From: Candidatus Eiseniibacteriota bacterium
Lineage (GTDB): Bacteria; Eisenbacteria; RBG-16-71-46
Direction of reading: 5' to 3'
DNA: 64,000 bases
NCBI GenBank assembly: GCA_963717505.1
Contig: OY970342.1
Location: 416,001 to 480,000, forward strand
The notes under the pieces were generated by a model. It saw only the letters and a list, made by a program, of their open reading frames with translations. It made no database searches and had not been told where the DNA came from. Both the position numbers and the translations under genes were made by a program. This document shows, piece after piece, positions 39,310 to 52,248 of this stretch. How positions within the stretch are numbered: position 1 is the stretch's first letter; each line of letters begins with the position of its first letter.

Positions 39310-40173
39310 ATGTTCCGCAATCGTATCGCTGTCGCAGCCCTGATGGGCGTCTCGGTGCTCCCGATGTCCGCGTTCGCAGCCAATCCCACCAACCTGACCT
39401 GGACGCCGGCGTCGGAGAGCGAACGTCGCAGCTCGTGCACGTTGTCCTCGGCTGGGGCGCTCACCGGAAGTCTGGCGTTCCGCGTCGGCGCGGTGTTCGC
39501 GTGTGGCGCAGAGACCGTGATTCGCCCGGGACGCGCCTCGTCGCTGGCCGCCGACTTCGGCGTCGGCTCCCACGCGTTCGCCGTCCTCCAGGACTACGAG
39601 TTCCCCGATGAGTTCCGTTACGCCTCGGGCGCCAACGAAGCCTGCGAGACCTGGATCACCTACGACTACTCGACCGTGCGTCCGTGGAACGTCCGCCACT
39701 ACGCGAACTGCTGGGGCGCGCCGTACAACGTGTACGAGATCGACCTGGGGACCCCCCGCGTCGTCGCGACCTGCGAAACGCAGGCGTGCCGCCGGGGCGA
39801 GTTCGGCGACCCCGCCGCGGGCCTCGACGAGCCGCTGGTTTCTCCGAATCTGGGCATGGTGTTCATCGACCGCCGCATCGACGTCCTGCCGGACGGCAGC
39901 GTCGGCAACGATGACTTCATGATCGCGCTGCGCAACCGGGTCGCCACCGAGGCCACGATCGGCCAGGTCGCCGCGATCTGGCGCGAGCTCGACGGCCGGC
40001 TCTTCTACCTGAGCTCCGAAGACCTGGCGAAGATTCCGCCCAGTGCGTGTGGCGACGGCGGTGGCATCGGCGATCCGCGGCTGAAGAAGCCCGCCGCCGG
40101 CGAAGTCGCGGCCGGTGACGACATCCGCCGGAGCTGGGGCCAGATCAAGAAGGCGTGGAGCGATCGGCCGTAG
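39310..40173 (+). CDS. Secreted Cys-containing hypothetical protein with SWGxIK tail
   Basis: GAGG SD; signal peptide ending AFA; C-terminal RRSWGQIKKAW. Confidence 0.8.
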   Translation: MFRNRIAVAALMGVSVLPMSAFAANPTNLTWTPASESERRSSCTLSSAGALTGSLAFRVGAVFACGAETVIRPGRASSLAADFGVGSHAFAVLQDYEFPDEFRYASGANEACETWITYDYSTVRPWNVRHYANCWGAPYNVYEIDLGTPRVVATCETQACRRGEFGDPAAGLDEPLVSPNLGMVFIDRRIDVLPDGSVGNDDFMIALRNRVATEATIGQVAAIWRELDGRLFYLSSEDLAKIPPSACGDGGGIGDPRLKKPAAGEVAAGDDIRRSWGQIKKAWSDRP

Positions 40174-40228
40174 CCACCCCCCAGAAGCCGGCTCCGAGGG
40201 GCGGAGCCGAGGATCCGGTCGGGTTCCG

Positions 40229-40257
40229 AAGCTGGAGCCCGGCCGGTCCAGCTTTTT
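40229..40257 (+). terminator. Intrinsic terminator
   Basis: AAGCTGGA-loop-TCCAGCTT followed by TTT. Confidence 0.6.
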
Positions 40258-40318
40258 GGCATGTTCGCGGCCGCGACCATGACGGCCGACGCACGCGGAC
40301 GAACGCGCCTCGGTGGGT

Positions 40319-41218
40319 CTACTCCTCGCGCCACTGCATCGGCGCGATGGCCGGCCCGGGGGCGCGGCGCGCAAGCAGTACTCGCGGCCGTCCCGAGAGG
40401 TCATCGCGCAGCTCGACCTCGGAGAAGTCGTGGGCGCCCTCGAGCCACGCGGCAACCTCGGCCGCCCGGTGCTCCGACAGCTCGAGCGCCAGGAGTCCGC
40501 CGGCGATCAGATAACGCGGCGCCTGGTCGACGATCTCGCGCAGCGCGTCGAGGCCGCTCGCTCCCGAGAACAAGGCTTCGTGGGGCTCGAAGCGCCGGAC
40601 GTCGTCGGGCAGATCGTCCCACTCCGCGGTCGAGAGGTACGGCGGGTTGGACACAACGACGTCGAACCGTTCGTCGCCCAGCGCCTCGAACCAGTCGCCA
40701 CGACGAAACTCGACCCGCTCCGCCAGTCCGAGCCGGGCCGCATTGCGGCGCGCGACGTCGAGTGCGGCCGGGCTCTGGTCGGTCGCCACCACCCGCGCCT
40801 CGGGCAGCGCGTGTGCAATCGCGAGCGCGATTGCCCCCGACCCAGTTCCCAGGTCGAGAATACGTGGCCCACGCTCGAGCGACCGCAGCGCCTCGATCAC
40901 GGCCTCGACCAGGCCCTCGGTTTCGGGTCGTGGCACCAGCACCGCCGGGCCGACCTCGAGATCGAGGTCGAGAAACGCCGCACGTCCGGTGATGTACTGG
41001 ACCGGTTCGCCCGCCCGCCGGCGCGCGAGCCAGCGCTCCAGGCACTCGAACTGCTCACCGGTAACTTCCGCCCGCGGGGTGAGATGAACCTGGGTCCGGG
41101 GAACCCCGAGGAGCCGGCTCACCAGTTCCACGGCATCGGTGGATGCCGACGGGCCGGCGTTCAGGCGATCGAGCGCCATCTTCAGCGCATCAGCGACGGT
41201 TCGTGGACTCGGGGGCAC
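40319..41218 (-). CDS. prmC: Release factor glutamine methyltransferase
   Basis: GEPVQYI, LVPRPETE, DLGTGSG, SNPPY. Confidence 0.96.
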   Translation of the reverse strand: MPPSPRTVADALKMALDRLNAGPSASTDAVELVSRLLGVPRTQVHLTPRAEVTGEQFECLERWLARRRAGEPVQYITGRAAFLDLDLEVGPAVLVPRPETEGLVEAVIEALRSLERGPRILDLGTGSGAIALAIAHALPEARVVATDQSPAALDVARRNAARLGLAERVEFRRGDWFEALGDERFDVVVSNPPYLSTAEWDDLPDDVRRFEPHEALFSGASGLDALREIVDQAPRYLIAGGLLALELSEHRAAEVAAWLEGAHDFSEVELRDDLSGRPRVLLARRAPGPAIAPMQWREE

Positions 41219-41282
41219 GCAAACGAGCGTACTCCAACCCGGCGGGGCGCGGCGCCCATGCCGGCCGCGCCCCGGCCGCGCA

Positions 41283-41570
41283 TTACCAGGGAAAGTCGAA
41301 GAGCCCGTCCAGCATCATGTACGCACAGGCCGCGATCGCCGCCGAGACCACGCCGGGATTCATGCCGGTGCTGGCCGCGACCCGACTCATGCCGCCGCAG
41401 ATGATCGCGGCGGCGATTCCCGAACCACCGTTCGCGACCGCGCGACCCGACTCCGAGTCGGTTTGGAGGACGTCATCGAGGGGTGGGTCGGCGGCGAAAG
41501 CCGGGGCCGTCGCGCCGCCCGCAGCGATGCAGACCGCCAGCAACAGGGTGCTCGTGGTTCCGAGCTTCAT
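41283..41570 (-). CDS. Secreted hydrophobic di-cysteine peptide precursor (95 aa)
   Basis: Signal peptide (AFA-A), acidic pro-region ending NGG, Gly/Ala-rich core with C58 and C82; GGAG SD. Confidence 0.75.
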   Translation of the reverse strand: MKLGTTSTLLLAVCIAAGGATAPAFAADPPLDDVLQTDSESGRAVANGGSGIAAAIICGGMSRVAASTGMNPGVVSAAIAACAYMMLDGLFDFPW

Positions 41571-41598
41571 GTCGTCTTCTCCACGGAGGCGATTGGAA

Positions 41599-41727
41599 CT
41601 ACGCGTCGTGACTCGGAATCGTGAGGCAGCCCATGATCGCCACCGGCAGATGCGAGGGCGGGGACGCGAACACTGCCCAGGCGCAGCCGATGAGCTTCAA
41701 CAATCTCCGCCAGTCGTTGGTTTCCAT
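41599..41727 (-). CDS. 42-aa hydrophobic di-cysteine peptide (absent from ORF track)
   Basis: Manual translation METNDWRRLLKLIGCAWAVFASPPSHLPVAIMGCLTIPSHDA; strong SD GGAGGTGA. Confidence 0.7.
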   Translation of the reverse strand: METNDWRRLLKLIGCAWAVFASPPSHLPVAIMGCLTIPSHDA

Positions 41728-41763
41728 GCTTCACCTCCATGTGAGAAGGGGCGCACGGGGACT

Positions 41764-42273
41764 TCAGTGATCGTCGGGCGGCACGCCGTAGCCCTCGCTC
41801 ACCCGGGCGACCTCGGCGCCCGGCGACATCGTGGTCAACAGTCGTCCATCGCGATCGAAGACCAGGGTTTCGCCATAGAGTCGATGCCCCCAGATGTTTC
41901 GCCAGATTCCGGTCGAGTCCCACCAGACCCCGTCGACTCGGGCGCTGCCGAACACGTCGCGCGCCGGACGCAGGCGCTGGTCGACGACCAGGGCCTGGAC
42001 CGTGACGCCGGCGCGCCGGCGGGCCGCGGCTCGCTCGAGGTGTCCCGAGCAGTGCGGGCAGTCGGGATTCACCGGAACCACCCAGTGCTCGTGAGTCGGA
42101 ACCGGATCGCGATCACGAGTGTCGAGCGGCACGAACACCGCGGGATCCCAGCGAGGCTCCCCCCAGTCGCGCTGGCGATCGGCCATCCACGCCGCACCGA
42201 GGGCCCCGACCAGGAGTACCAACGGCGCCGCAAGCGCCCAGCGGCCGATCTGTTGCCGAACTCGCGCGCTCAT
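41764..42273 (-). CDS. Membrane-anchored thioredoxin-like (TlpA-like) CxxC protein
   Basis: N-terminal TM, VNPDCPHC, TLVFDRDGRL; ATGA overlap with upstream gene. Confidence 0.7.
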   Translation of the reverse strand: MSARVRQQIGRWALAAPLVLLVGALGAAWMADRQRDWGEPRWDPAVFVPLDTRDRDPVPTHEHWVVPVNPDCPHCSGHLERAAARRRAGVTVQALVVDQRLRPARDVFGSARVDGVWWDSTGIWRNIWGHRLYGETLVFDRDGRLLTTMSPGAEVARVSEGYGVPPDDH

Positions 42274-42869
42274 GCGGGGCTCATGCCGCGCATCAGGTCG
42301 AAGCTCCACCACGCGATCAGCTTCACGATCAGCCAGACGATGACCGTGAGCACTAACGGGCGGCGCAGCCGACGGCCGGTTTCCCGGGCCTGAATCGCGG
42401 CAGTCCCCAGTATCCGAGCGAGCGCGAGTAGTCCCACGTCGCCGAAGGCTGCCGCCAGCCCCGGCACCAGGGCCTCGCTCGGCTCGAAATGAACACCCAC
42501 GCCCGCGAACACGGCGAGGACGGAGACCCACGGCTCGGCAACGTCATTCGCGATCGAGCGCAGCGTGCCGGCCCAGGCGTCGGCGAGCGTCAAGGTCGCG
42601 AACCAGGGCAGAGCCGAGACGAACGAGAATCGTTGACCCGAGCTTCGCCACCACAGGAAGTAGAAGAGCGTTTCGCAGGCCGAACCGGTCAGACGCAGCC
42701 CGGCGAGGGCCAACGGCAGCGCGGCGCGGATGGCGTGATCGCCGGCTGCGGGCATCTGGTCGAGGCGGCTCGAACCTACGAGCCACCAGGTTGCGGCGAC
42801 ACCGAGCAACCAGCCGATGCGCACGGCGGGCATGGGAATCGTGGGGCGCGGTATGGCGGCGACGTGCAC
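42270..42869 (-). CDS. Multi-pass membrane protein (Yip1-like layout, tentative)
   Basis: About 5 hydrophobic helices; GGAGG SD before GTG. Confidence 0.65.
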   Translation of the reverse strand: MHVAAIPRPTIPMPAVRIGWLLGVAATWWLVGSSRLDQMPAAGDHAIRAALPLALAGLRLTGSACETLFYFLWWRSSGQRFSFVSALPWFATLTLADAWAGTLRSIANDVAEPWVSVLAVFAGVGVHFEPSEALVPGLAAAFGDVGLLALARILGTAAIQARETGRRLRRPLVLTVIVWLIVKLIAWWSFDLMRGMSPA

Positions 42870-42917
42870 GGGTCCTCCCGGCCGAAGTCCACGCGGGGGC
42901 GGCGAACGCCGGGAATG

Positions 42918-42933
42918 AGCACGCGACGTGCCG
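42918..42933 (-). promoter_or_regulatory. Sigma54 -24/-12 promoter for peptide cassette
   Basis: CGGCACGTCGCGTGCT (GG-N10-GC); candidate UAS TGT-N11-ACA at 43007-43023. Confidence 0.65.
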
Positions 42934-43085
42934 GAGCATGTGTACGGGAATCGGCGCGGAATTCGCGAACCGAGGGCCGTGAATCGCGTCCACGGCAGGG
43001 CGCACCTGTCGCCCGCGTGGACACACCGGAGGTCGGACGTTGGCGGCGGCGCGACGACGCGCGTTTCGGCCGGGTGAATCGAGTT

Positions 43086-44159
<1,074 letters not shown>

Positions 44160-44162
44160 GGC

Positions 44163-45151
44163 TCAGGACCCCGCGGGCGCCGGCTGCGCAGGACTCACTG
44201 GACGAAGGCGATCTCGGCCGGCCGGCCGGCGGCGCGCTCCAGCGCCACCACCTGTCTCGTCGTTGCGCACGCGCTCGAGCGCCGCGATCGCGACCTCGCA
44301 CATGGTCAGGTCGGGCTCGCGCGTGGTCAGCCGCTGGAACTGCATGCCCGGCCAGGTCAGCACCCGGACCCACGGCCGATGCGCGTGACGGCCCGAGAGG
44401 CGGATGAACTCGAACGCCACCCCGGCGATCAGCGGCATGCAGGCGATGCGCAGCAGGTGGTCGCCGATCCCGCGCGGCTTGCCGATGAACGTGAACACCA
44501 CGATGCTGACTACCACCACCAGGAACAGGAACGACGTGCCGCAGCGCGGATGGAAGCGCGAGAAGCTCTGGACGCTCTCCGGCGTCGAGCGGCGCGCGGT
44601 TCTCGAGCGCATGGATCGCCTTGTGCTCGGCGCCGTGGTAGCCGAGGACCCGCGCCATCTCCTTCCACTGGCTGATCAGCAGTCAGGTAGAGCAGGAACG
44701 CGAGCAGGCGAAACAAGCCGTCGACCAGACCGAAGCCGATCCGGTCGTGAAACCCGAGCCAGCCGGTGATCTTCGCGGGCAACACCACGAACAACAGCAG
44801 TCCGAGGCCGAAGGCGATCACCAGCGACAGGATCTGTGCGGCCGCACCCAGGCCGCTTTCCTTCTTGGGCTCGGCAACGCCTTCGGCCCCCGCAGGAACC
44901 GTCTCCTTGGCCGCTTCGTCGGCGCTGAAGTTGAGCGCGGTGATGCCCAGATAGAGCGTCTCGAACAGCGAGACGGCGCCGCGCAGCACCGGCAGCCCGA
45001 GCAGCTTGAAGCGACGCGTGATCGAAGCGTACGGCTTCTCGAGAAACGCGATCGTGCCGTCGGTGCGCCGCACGGCGACCGCGATCCGCGACGGCGAACG
45101 CATCATCACGCCTTCGATCACGGCCTGGCCACCAACGGGCAGGAACGGCAC
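44163..45151 (-). CDS. DUF1385 (YqhQ-like) membrane protein, frameshifted
   Basis: GGQAVIEGVMMR; YHGAEHK; HPRCGTSF; QRLTTREP in different frames; rpmE-DUF1385-prfA synteny. Confidence 0.88.
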
Positions 45152-45221
45152 CAACGACCTCCAGGGCAGCGCAACGGCCTCCACCGGGATGCGTTTCCCG
45201 GGGAGGCCGCATGGAACGAAG

Positions 45222-45468
45222 CTAGGACGCGGCGGCTTCGGCCTTCTCGTCCTTCTTGTCATCCTTCTTCAGGTAGCGCTTGCGGAACCGCTCGACGCGT
45301 CCCGCCTTGTCGACCAGCTTCTGCTTGCCGGTGAAGAATGGATGACAGCTCGGCGCAGATTTCGACGTGCATCTCGTCCTTGTCGTAGGTCGAACGGGTT
45401 TCGAACGAATTCCCGCACACGCAGACGACCTTGACCGGCTTGTAAACGGGGTGGATTCCAGCCTTCAT
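45222..45468 (-). CDS. rpmE: 50S ribosomal protein L31 (one apparent frameshift)
   Basis: [18 protein letters not shown] / [25 protein letters not shown]. Confidence 0.93.
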
Positions 45469-45608
45469 GGGAGTTCCTTTCTGCATTCGAATGACCGGGG
45501 CACTGTCCTCGGTCCCGAAGCGAGTGCCGGCCCCGCGAGGGAGGCCCGGCGTCAAACGGCCGAGTACCCTATCACAGGTGTGGAAGTCCGGCCACCCGGC
45601 GTCTCGGA

Positions 45609-46646
45609 TCAGTACGTCCAGCCGATCGTGAACTTGAGTGTCCAGTCGTTGTTGGTGCCGCCGACCGGCGGGTCGCTGTCGTAGCTCTCGGAGGCGATGA
45701 GCCCGACGGTGAAGTCCTTGATGATCTCGCGTTTGGCGTTGATGTCGCCTTCGGCGCGAACTCGATTCTTGGTCAGGTTTCGGTACCCCGTCGCGTATAC
45801 GTTGATGTTGGCCTTGGGGAAATCGTAGCCGAACAACGACCAGCCGAGTCCGATCACCGCTTCGGTGTTCCAGCGACTGTCATCCCGATTGGGGTTTTCC
45901 ACGTTGCCGCTGATCCCCGCCCCGACTCCCAGCAGGCTCGAGTTCGTCTGAACCATGTAGCGTCCGCCGAACAAGCCCAACGAGGCACGAAGGTCGAGGG
46001 CCAACTCGCTATTGCGTTCGCTTTCGGTCGTCGCTTGAGCGAACCACCGGTTGGTGAGCACCTTGGCGTATCGGAGCGTCAGGTTGGAACGGTCGACGTC
46101 GGCGATGCTGTCCTGGTGGGTCACCTGCGAGCTTCCCGAGAGCGACGCAATTCGCTCGGCGGTGCGGTACTCGATCGAAAAATCGAACGACATCTGCACC
46201 AGATGATTGGCTCGCGCCAGGTAGAGGCCGAGGTCCACGCTGCCGTCGAGCTGTTTGAGGAAACTCTGTTCGAGCGGCCGGATGTGAATGATCGACAGCA
46301 CCCCGACCAACGCGGAGTCCGAATATCCGACGATGCGCAGGAGGCCGACGCTCGGCGCCGCGAGCAGCGCGCCATAAACGCGGCGGCCGGTGTCCAGCTC
46401 GACGTCGAAGATGCGAGCCGCCGTCAGGCTCGCGACTTTCGTCCACTCGACGTAGATAGTGCCGGCATCGTCGGTGCTGTACTCGAGCTGACCGCGGTCG
46501 AGTCCTTTGACCTCACCGGTGATCCGGTCGCCGTTCCGGAGCACCAGGACGTCGGTCTTGGCCGCGAGGGCCGTTCCGGACCCGGCCGCGCTCAGGAATA
46601 GCGCGCAGGCGACGGCCGTGGCGGCGCGCCTCAGTCGATCTCCCAC
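45609..46646 (-). CDS. DUF481-like outer-membrane beta-barrel protein
   Basis: Signal peptide, [15 protein letters not shown]-domain, amphipathic strands, C-terminal FTIGWTY. Confidence 0.8.
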   Translation of the reverse strand: MGDRLRRAATAVACALFLSAAGSGTALAAKTDVLVLRNGDRITGEVKGLDRGQLEYSTDDAGTIYVEWTKVASLTAARIFDVELDTGRRVYGALLAAPSVGLLRIVGYSDSALVGVLSIIHIRPLEQSFLKQLDGSVDLGLYLARANHLVQMSFDFSIEYRTAERIASLSGSSQVTHQDSIADVDRSNLTLRYAKVLTNRWFAQATTESERNSELALDLRASLGLFGGRYMVQTNSSLLGVGAGISGNVENPNRDDSRWNTEAVIGLGWSLFGYDFPKANINVYATGYRNLTKNRVRAEGDINAKREIIKDFTVGLIASESYDSDPPVGGTNNDWTLKFTIGWTY

Positions 46647-47191
46647 TCTCCCGCCGCCAGGCGGGGCAGCAGGGGGCTCAGGATCCGGTAGCTGGCGCCC
46701 CACAGTCGGTGCGCGCCGACGCGGTAGTATGGAATGCGGCGTCCGGGCAGCAGGAGTTCAGTTTCGTCGTGCGCTTCGGGCGCCAGCAGGTCGCTCACCG
46801 CCACCTCGAGGATTTCAGCGACTTCGGACGGTTCCGGCCGCCACGCCGCGGGACGGACGATGCGGCCGAGGAACGGCGCGATGCGATAACCGGTGGTGAA
46901 AGTCTCGATCACGTCCAGCGATTCCAACATCGTGACCGCGTCGCGCGCAAGTCCGACTTCCTCTTCGGCCTCGCGGAGCGCGGTGTCGAGCAGCGTGGCG
47001 TCGCCGGGCTCGCGGTTGCCACCGGGGAACGCGAGCTGTCCGCCGTGGATCCCGCGTTCGGTGCGCCGGACGATCACCAGCCGCAGGTCGCCTTCCGTGT
47101 CACGATACACGGGAACGAGCACCGCGGCATCGCGCAGCGACGGCTGGCGCGAGCGGCGCGCCTGCGATTCACTCATGGGTGTAGAACTCAC
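46631..47191 (-). CDS. Nudix CoA pyrophosphatase
   Basis: AAVLVP, HGGQLAFPGG, ALREAEEEVG, LWGAS. Confidence 0.9.
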   Translation of the reverse strand: MSSTPMSESQARRSRQPSLRDAAVLVPVYRDTEGDLRLVIVRRTERGIHGGQLAFPGGNREPGDATLLDTALREAEEEVGLARDAVTMLESLDVIETFTTGYRIAPFLGRIVRPAAWRPEPSEVAEILEVAVSDLLAPEAHDETELLLPGRRIPYYRVGAHRLWGASYRILSPLLPRLAAGEWEID

Positions 47192-47242
47192 GACCGCACT
47201 ATGCCACGGCCGCCGACCGGATGCAGGCCGTCTACAGATGTC

Positions 47243-48115
47243 CTACGGCGTGGCGGCCTCCGCCATGCGATCCGTGATCACCGTTCGCTCGTGGAGCGGC
47301 TGGACTGGTCGGCTGTTGCCGTCGAGGATCGCGCGGAACGTTCGGATCTGCTCGCTCGAAAGCTGGACCGGGGTGGTGAGCACCAGCCACTTCACGCCCT
47401 CCGAGCACGGCGGCGTGGTGAATGAGCCCTCGTAGCGGTAAGTCGAGCGATCGGCGGGCAGCAGGTCGTCGATGTCGATCTGAACGTGCTCGAGGTGGGT
47501 CTCGACGCTCTTCTCCTTCGGCAGGTTCGCCCACACCGGATCGAATGCGGCATTGTGAGCGCCCTCTTCGATGAACACCCCGACGACCGCGAGCCCGCCG
47601 GTGGCGGACATGTGCGCCAGGTGCATCTCCATCGGGAAGTGTTTTCCCTTCACCGTGTGCTCGCTCGGGCTGTGAAAATGGTACTGAACCAGCGCAAAAG
47701 CCTCGCCGCCGACCGTGAGCGTGTCTCCGCCCGCGACATTCACCTGAATCGAGTGCCCGGTGTTCACAACGTCTTCTTGATGCTCGTGGTGCACGATTCG
47801 CAGCGTGGCCGGGCCGTACTGCATGCGAGGCTCCGGCGTCTTGCCGGCGGCCGCGGCGCCGAAATCGATTGGCGACTGGTGCTTGCCCTCGGCGCAGTCG
47901 ATGAACTCGGGGCTCAAGCCACCCCAGGAAGCAGGGCCATGCTCCGGGCCGTAGTCCCAGTGCGGAGCTTCCGGCTGAGACGCGTTCGAATGCGTTTGGG
48001 CCTGTGTGGCTTCCGGCGGGGAGGATTTCTGCGACCTTCCACCGCACGAGGTGGCCGCCACCAGCAGAACACCGGTGAACAGCGCCAAGAAACCTGAAGC
48101 CAGCGAACGATTCAT
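47243..48115 (-). CDS. Alpha-class carbonic anhydrase, lipoprotein
   Basis: [39 protein letters not shown]; lipobox ATSC. Confidence 0.95.
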   Translation of the reverse strand: MNRSLASGFLALFTGVLLVAATSCGGRSQKSSPPEATQAQTHSNASQPEAPHWDYGPEHGPASWGGLSPEFIDCAEGKHQSPIDFGAAAAGKTPEPRMQYGPATLRIVHHEHQEDVVNTGHSIQVNVAGGDTLTVGGEAFALVQYHFHSPSEHTVKGKHFPMEMHLAHMSATGGLAVVGVFIEEGAHNAAFDPVWANLPKEKSVETHLEHVQIDIDDLLPADRSTYRYEGSFTTPPCSEGVKWLVLTTPVQLSSEQIRTFRAILDGNSRPVQPLHERTVITDRMAEAATP

Positions 48116-48146
48116 GGTTGTGGCGGCCGCGAGCCCGATGGGGATG

Positions 48147-49463
<1,317 letters not shown>

Positions 49464-49688
49464 GGGATTGAACGAGTGAGAGGGCGGTATCGGGGCTCGG
49501 CGCCGGATCCTCCGGTGCCTGGAGTCTGAGGGTGTTGGACTGCCGGGTGCGGGCGGCCTCCTGCCTGCCTTAGAGATGGATTTCGATGATGACCTGCGTG
49601 CCTTGAACGGCGAGGAAGGCGGTCCCGGGGACTTGGGTCCGCTCGTTACTTTGGGGCGGGATTTGCGGCCGACCCGAAGCTGGAACCA

Positions 49689-49717
49689 AGCCTAGGGGTG
49701 CCTTCGAGCAGTGTCAA
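49689..49717 (-). promoter_or_regulatory. Sigma70-type promoter of rho, followed by long C-rich leader
   Basis: TTGACA-17 nt-TAGGCT. Confidence 0.75.
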
Positions 49718-49765
49718 GACCCGAGTTGGAGCCCCATTTGGCCGTCGTCGATCCGAATGCCAGGG

Positions 49766-49801
49766 AAAAAGGCCGCGCTCCGGCCCGTGGGACCGGAGCG
49801 C
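49766..49801 (-). terminator. Intrinsic terminator of second putative sRNA
   Basis: GCGCTCCGGTCC-cac-GGGCCGGAGCGC then ggccTTTTT. Confidence 0.75.
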
Positions 49802-49887
49802 TGTTCAGGGAGATTGGGCGGGGTCGAGATCACGTCGGAGATGGCAGGCTGGGCTGGGTAGGACGCGACCTCAGGGCCCCCGCTTGA
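49766..49887 (-). ncRNA. Putative sigma54-dependent sRNA (~120 nt) with C-rich loop
   Basis: Between -24/-12 promoter and terminator; 11-bp stem GAGGTCGCGTC/GACGTGATCTC closing a 25-nt C-rich loop; repeated ATCTCC. Confidence 0.65.
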
Positions 49888-49897
49888 TCCAGTACAC

Positions 49898-49914
49898 GGC
49901 AACCCATGTGCCAG
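49898..49914 (-). promoter_or_regulatory. Sigma54 -24/-12 promoter
   Basis: CTGGCACATGGGTTGCC, a near-perfect TGGCAC-N5-TTGC. Confidence 0.82.
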
Positions 49915-50120
49915 CGGACGTCGGGTCGTTCGACCCGGTTCCGGGCGCGCTCTGACAGGACTTGGAGCGGGGTGGTCTCGCAGCCGTGCAAAAACGTGGT
50001 GCTGCACATGATTCATTCCGCATCGGCGTGCACCCCGATTCGCAACGATGAACATCCGGCGGCGGTGCGGTCCGCCTTTGGACCACGCCTACTTCGCCTG
50101 GGTCTCTCGGCGCCGCGCGG

Positions 50121-50807
50121 TCAGGGGCGACCGTTCGCCGTCGGCAGTCGCTCGAACGGGACGGTCAGCGCGATCTCGGTGGACTCGGCCTCGCAGCCAA
50201 AAGGCAGGGAATCGACCTTCGTGGTGATCTGAAGGGTCTCGGCCCGGCCGTCGATCCGGATCGGAACCAGCCTCAGGCTGTCGAGACGGTCTACTTCGTG
50301 TCGGGGGCCGCGAACCATCACCCGTTCCGGCGCCACCTTGAAGGCGCCCGACCAGGTCCATCCCGCGCGCGGTGCACCCGAGATGCGTGGCGCCACCGGA
50401 AACGAGCGCTCAACGGCGCCGTCGATCTCGAGGCTGATCACCCGTGGACTGATCACTCGCTGGACCTCGATCTGCTCCTCGACCAGCAGGGGAAGGTCGT
50501 CGGCCACGATCGTGCGTTCGTAGCGCCCGGGCCCGACCCCCGAGAGCGACACTTTGAGACGCGGCTCGGTGAGCCGGATGCGCAGGAGCTGCTTGCCGGT
50601 GCCCCGTAGCTCGGCGCGCACGGGCTCGTGCGGCGGGCCGACCAGGGCCAGGGTATCCGCGAGGCCGATGATCTCGAGCGGGAAGCTGACTTCCATGACC
50701 GCCGGCCGCTCGGTGTAGACGTGGAGGTAGAGCGCCAGCGCAAGCAACAAGGCGACCAGCTTGATCCCGAGGTTGTCGAACAGGAGACCGCGCAGGAAGG
50801 AGAGCAT
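50121..50807 (-). CDS. YbbR/CdaR-like membrane-anchored protein
   Basis: DNLGIKLVALLLALALYLHV N-terminal TM followed by YbbR-like beta repeats (V.P..V.V.GP). Confidence 0.75.
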   Translation of the reverse strand: MLSFLRGLLFDNLGIKLVALLLALALYLHVYTERPAVMEVSFPLEIIGLADTLALVGPPHEPVRAELRGTGKQLLRIRLTEPRLKVSLSGVGPGRYERTIVADDLPLLVEEQIEVQRVISPRVISLEIDGAVERSFPVAPRISGAPRAGWTWSGAFKVAPERVMVRGPRHEVDRLDSLRLVPIRIDGRAETLQITTKVDSLPFGCEAESTEIALTVPFERLPTANGRP

Positions 50808-50816
50808 CGGCGGATA

Positions 50817-52247
<1,431 letters not shown>

Positions 52248-52248
52248 G

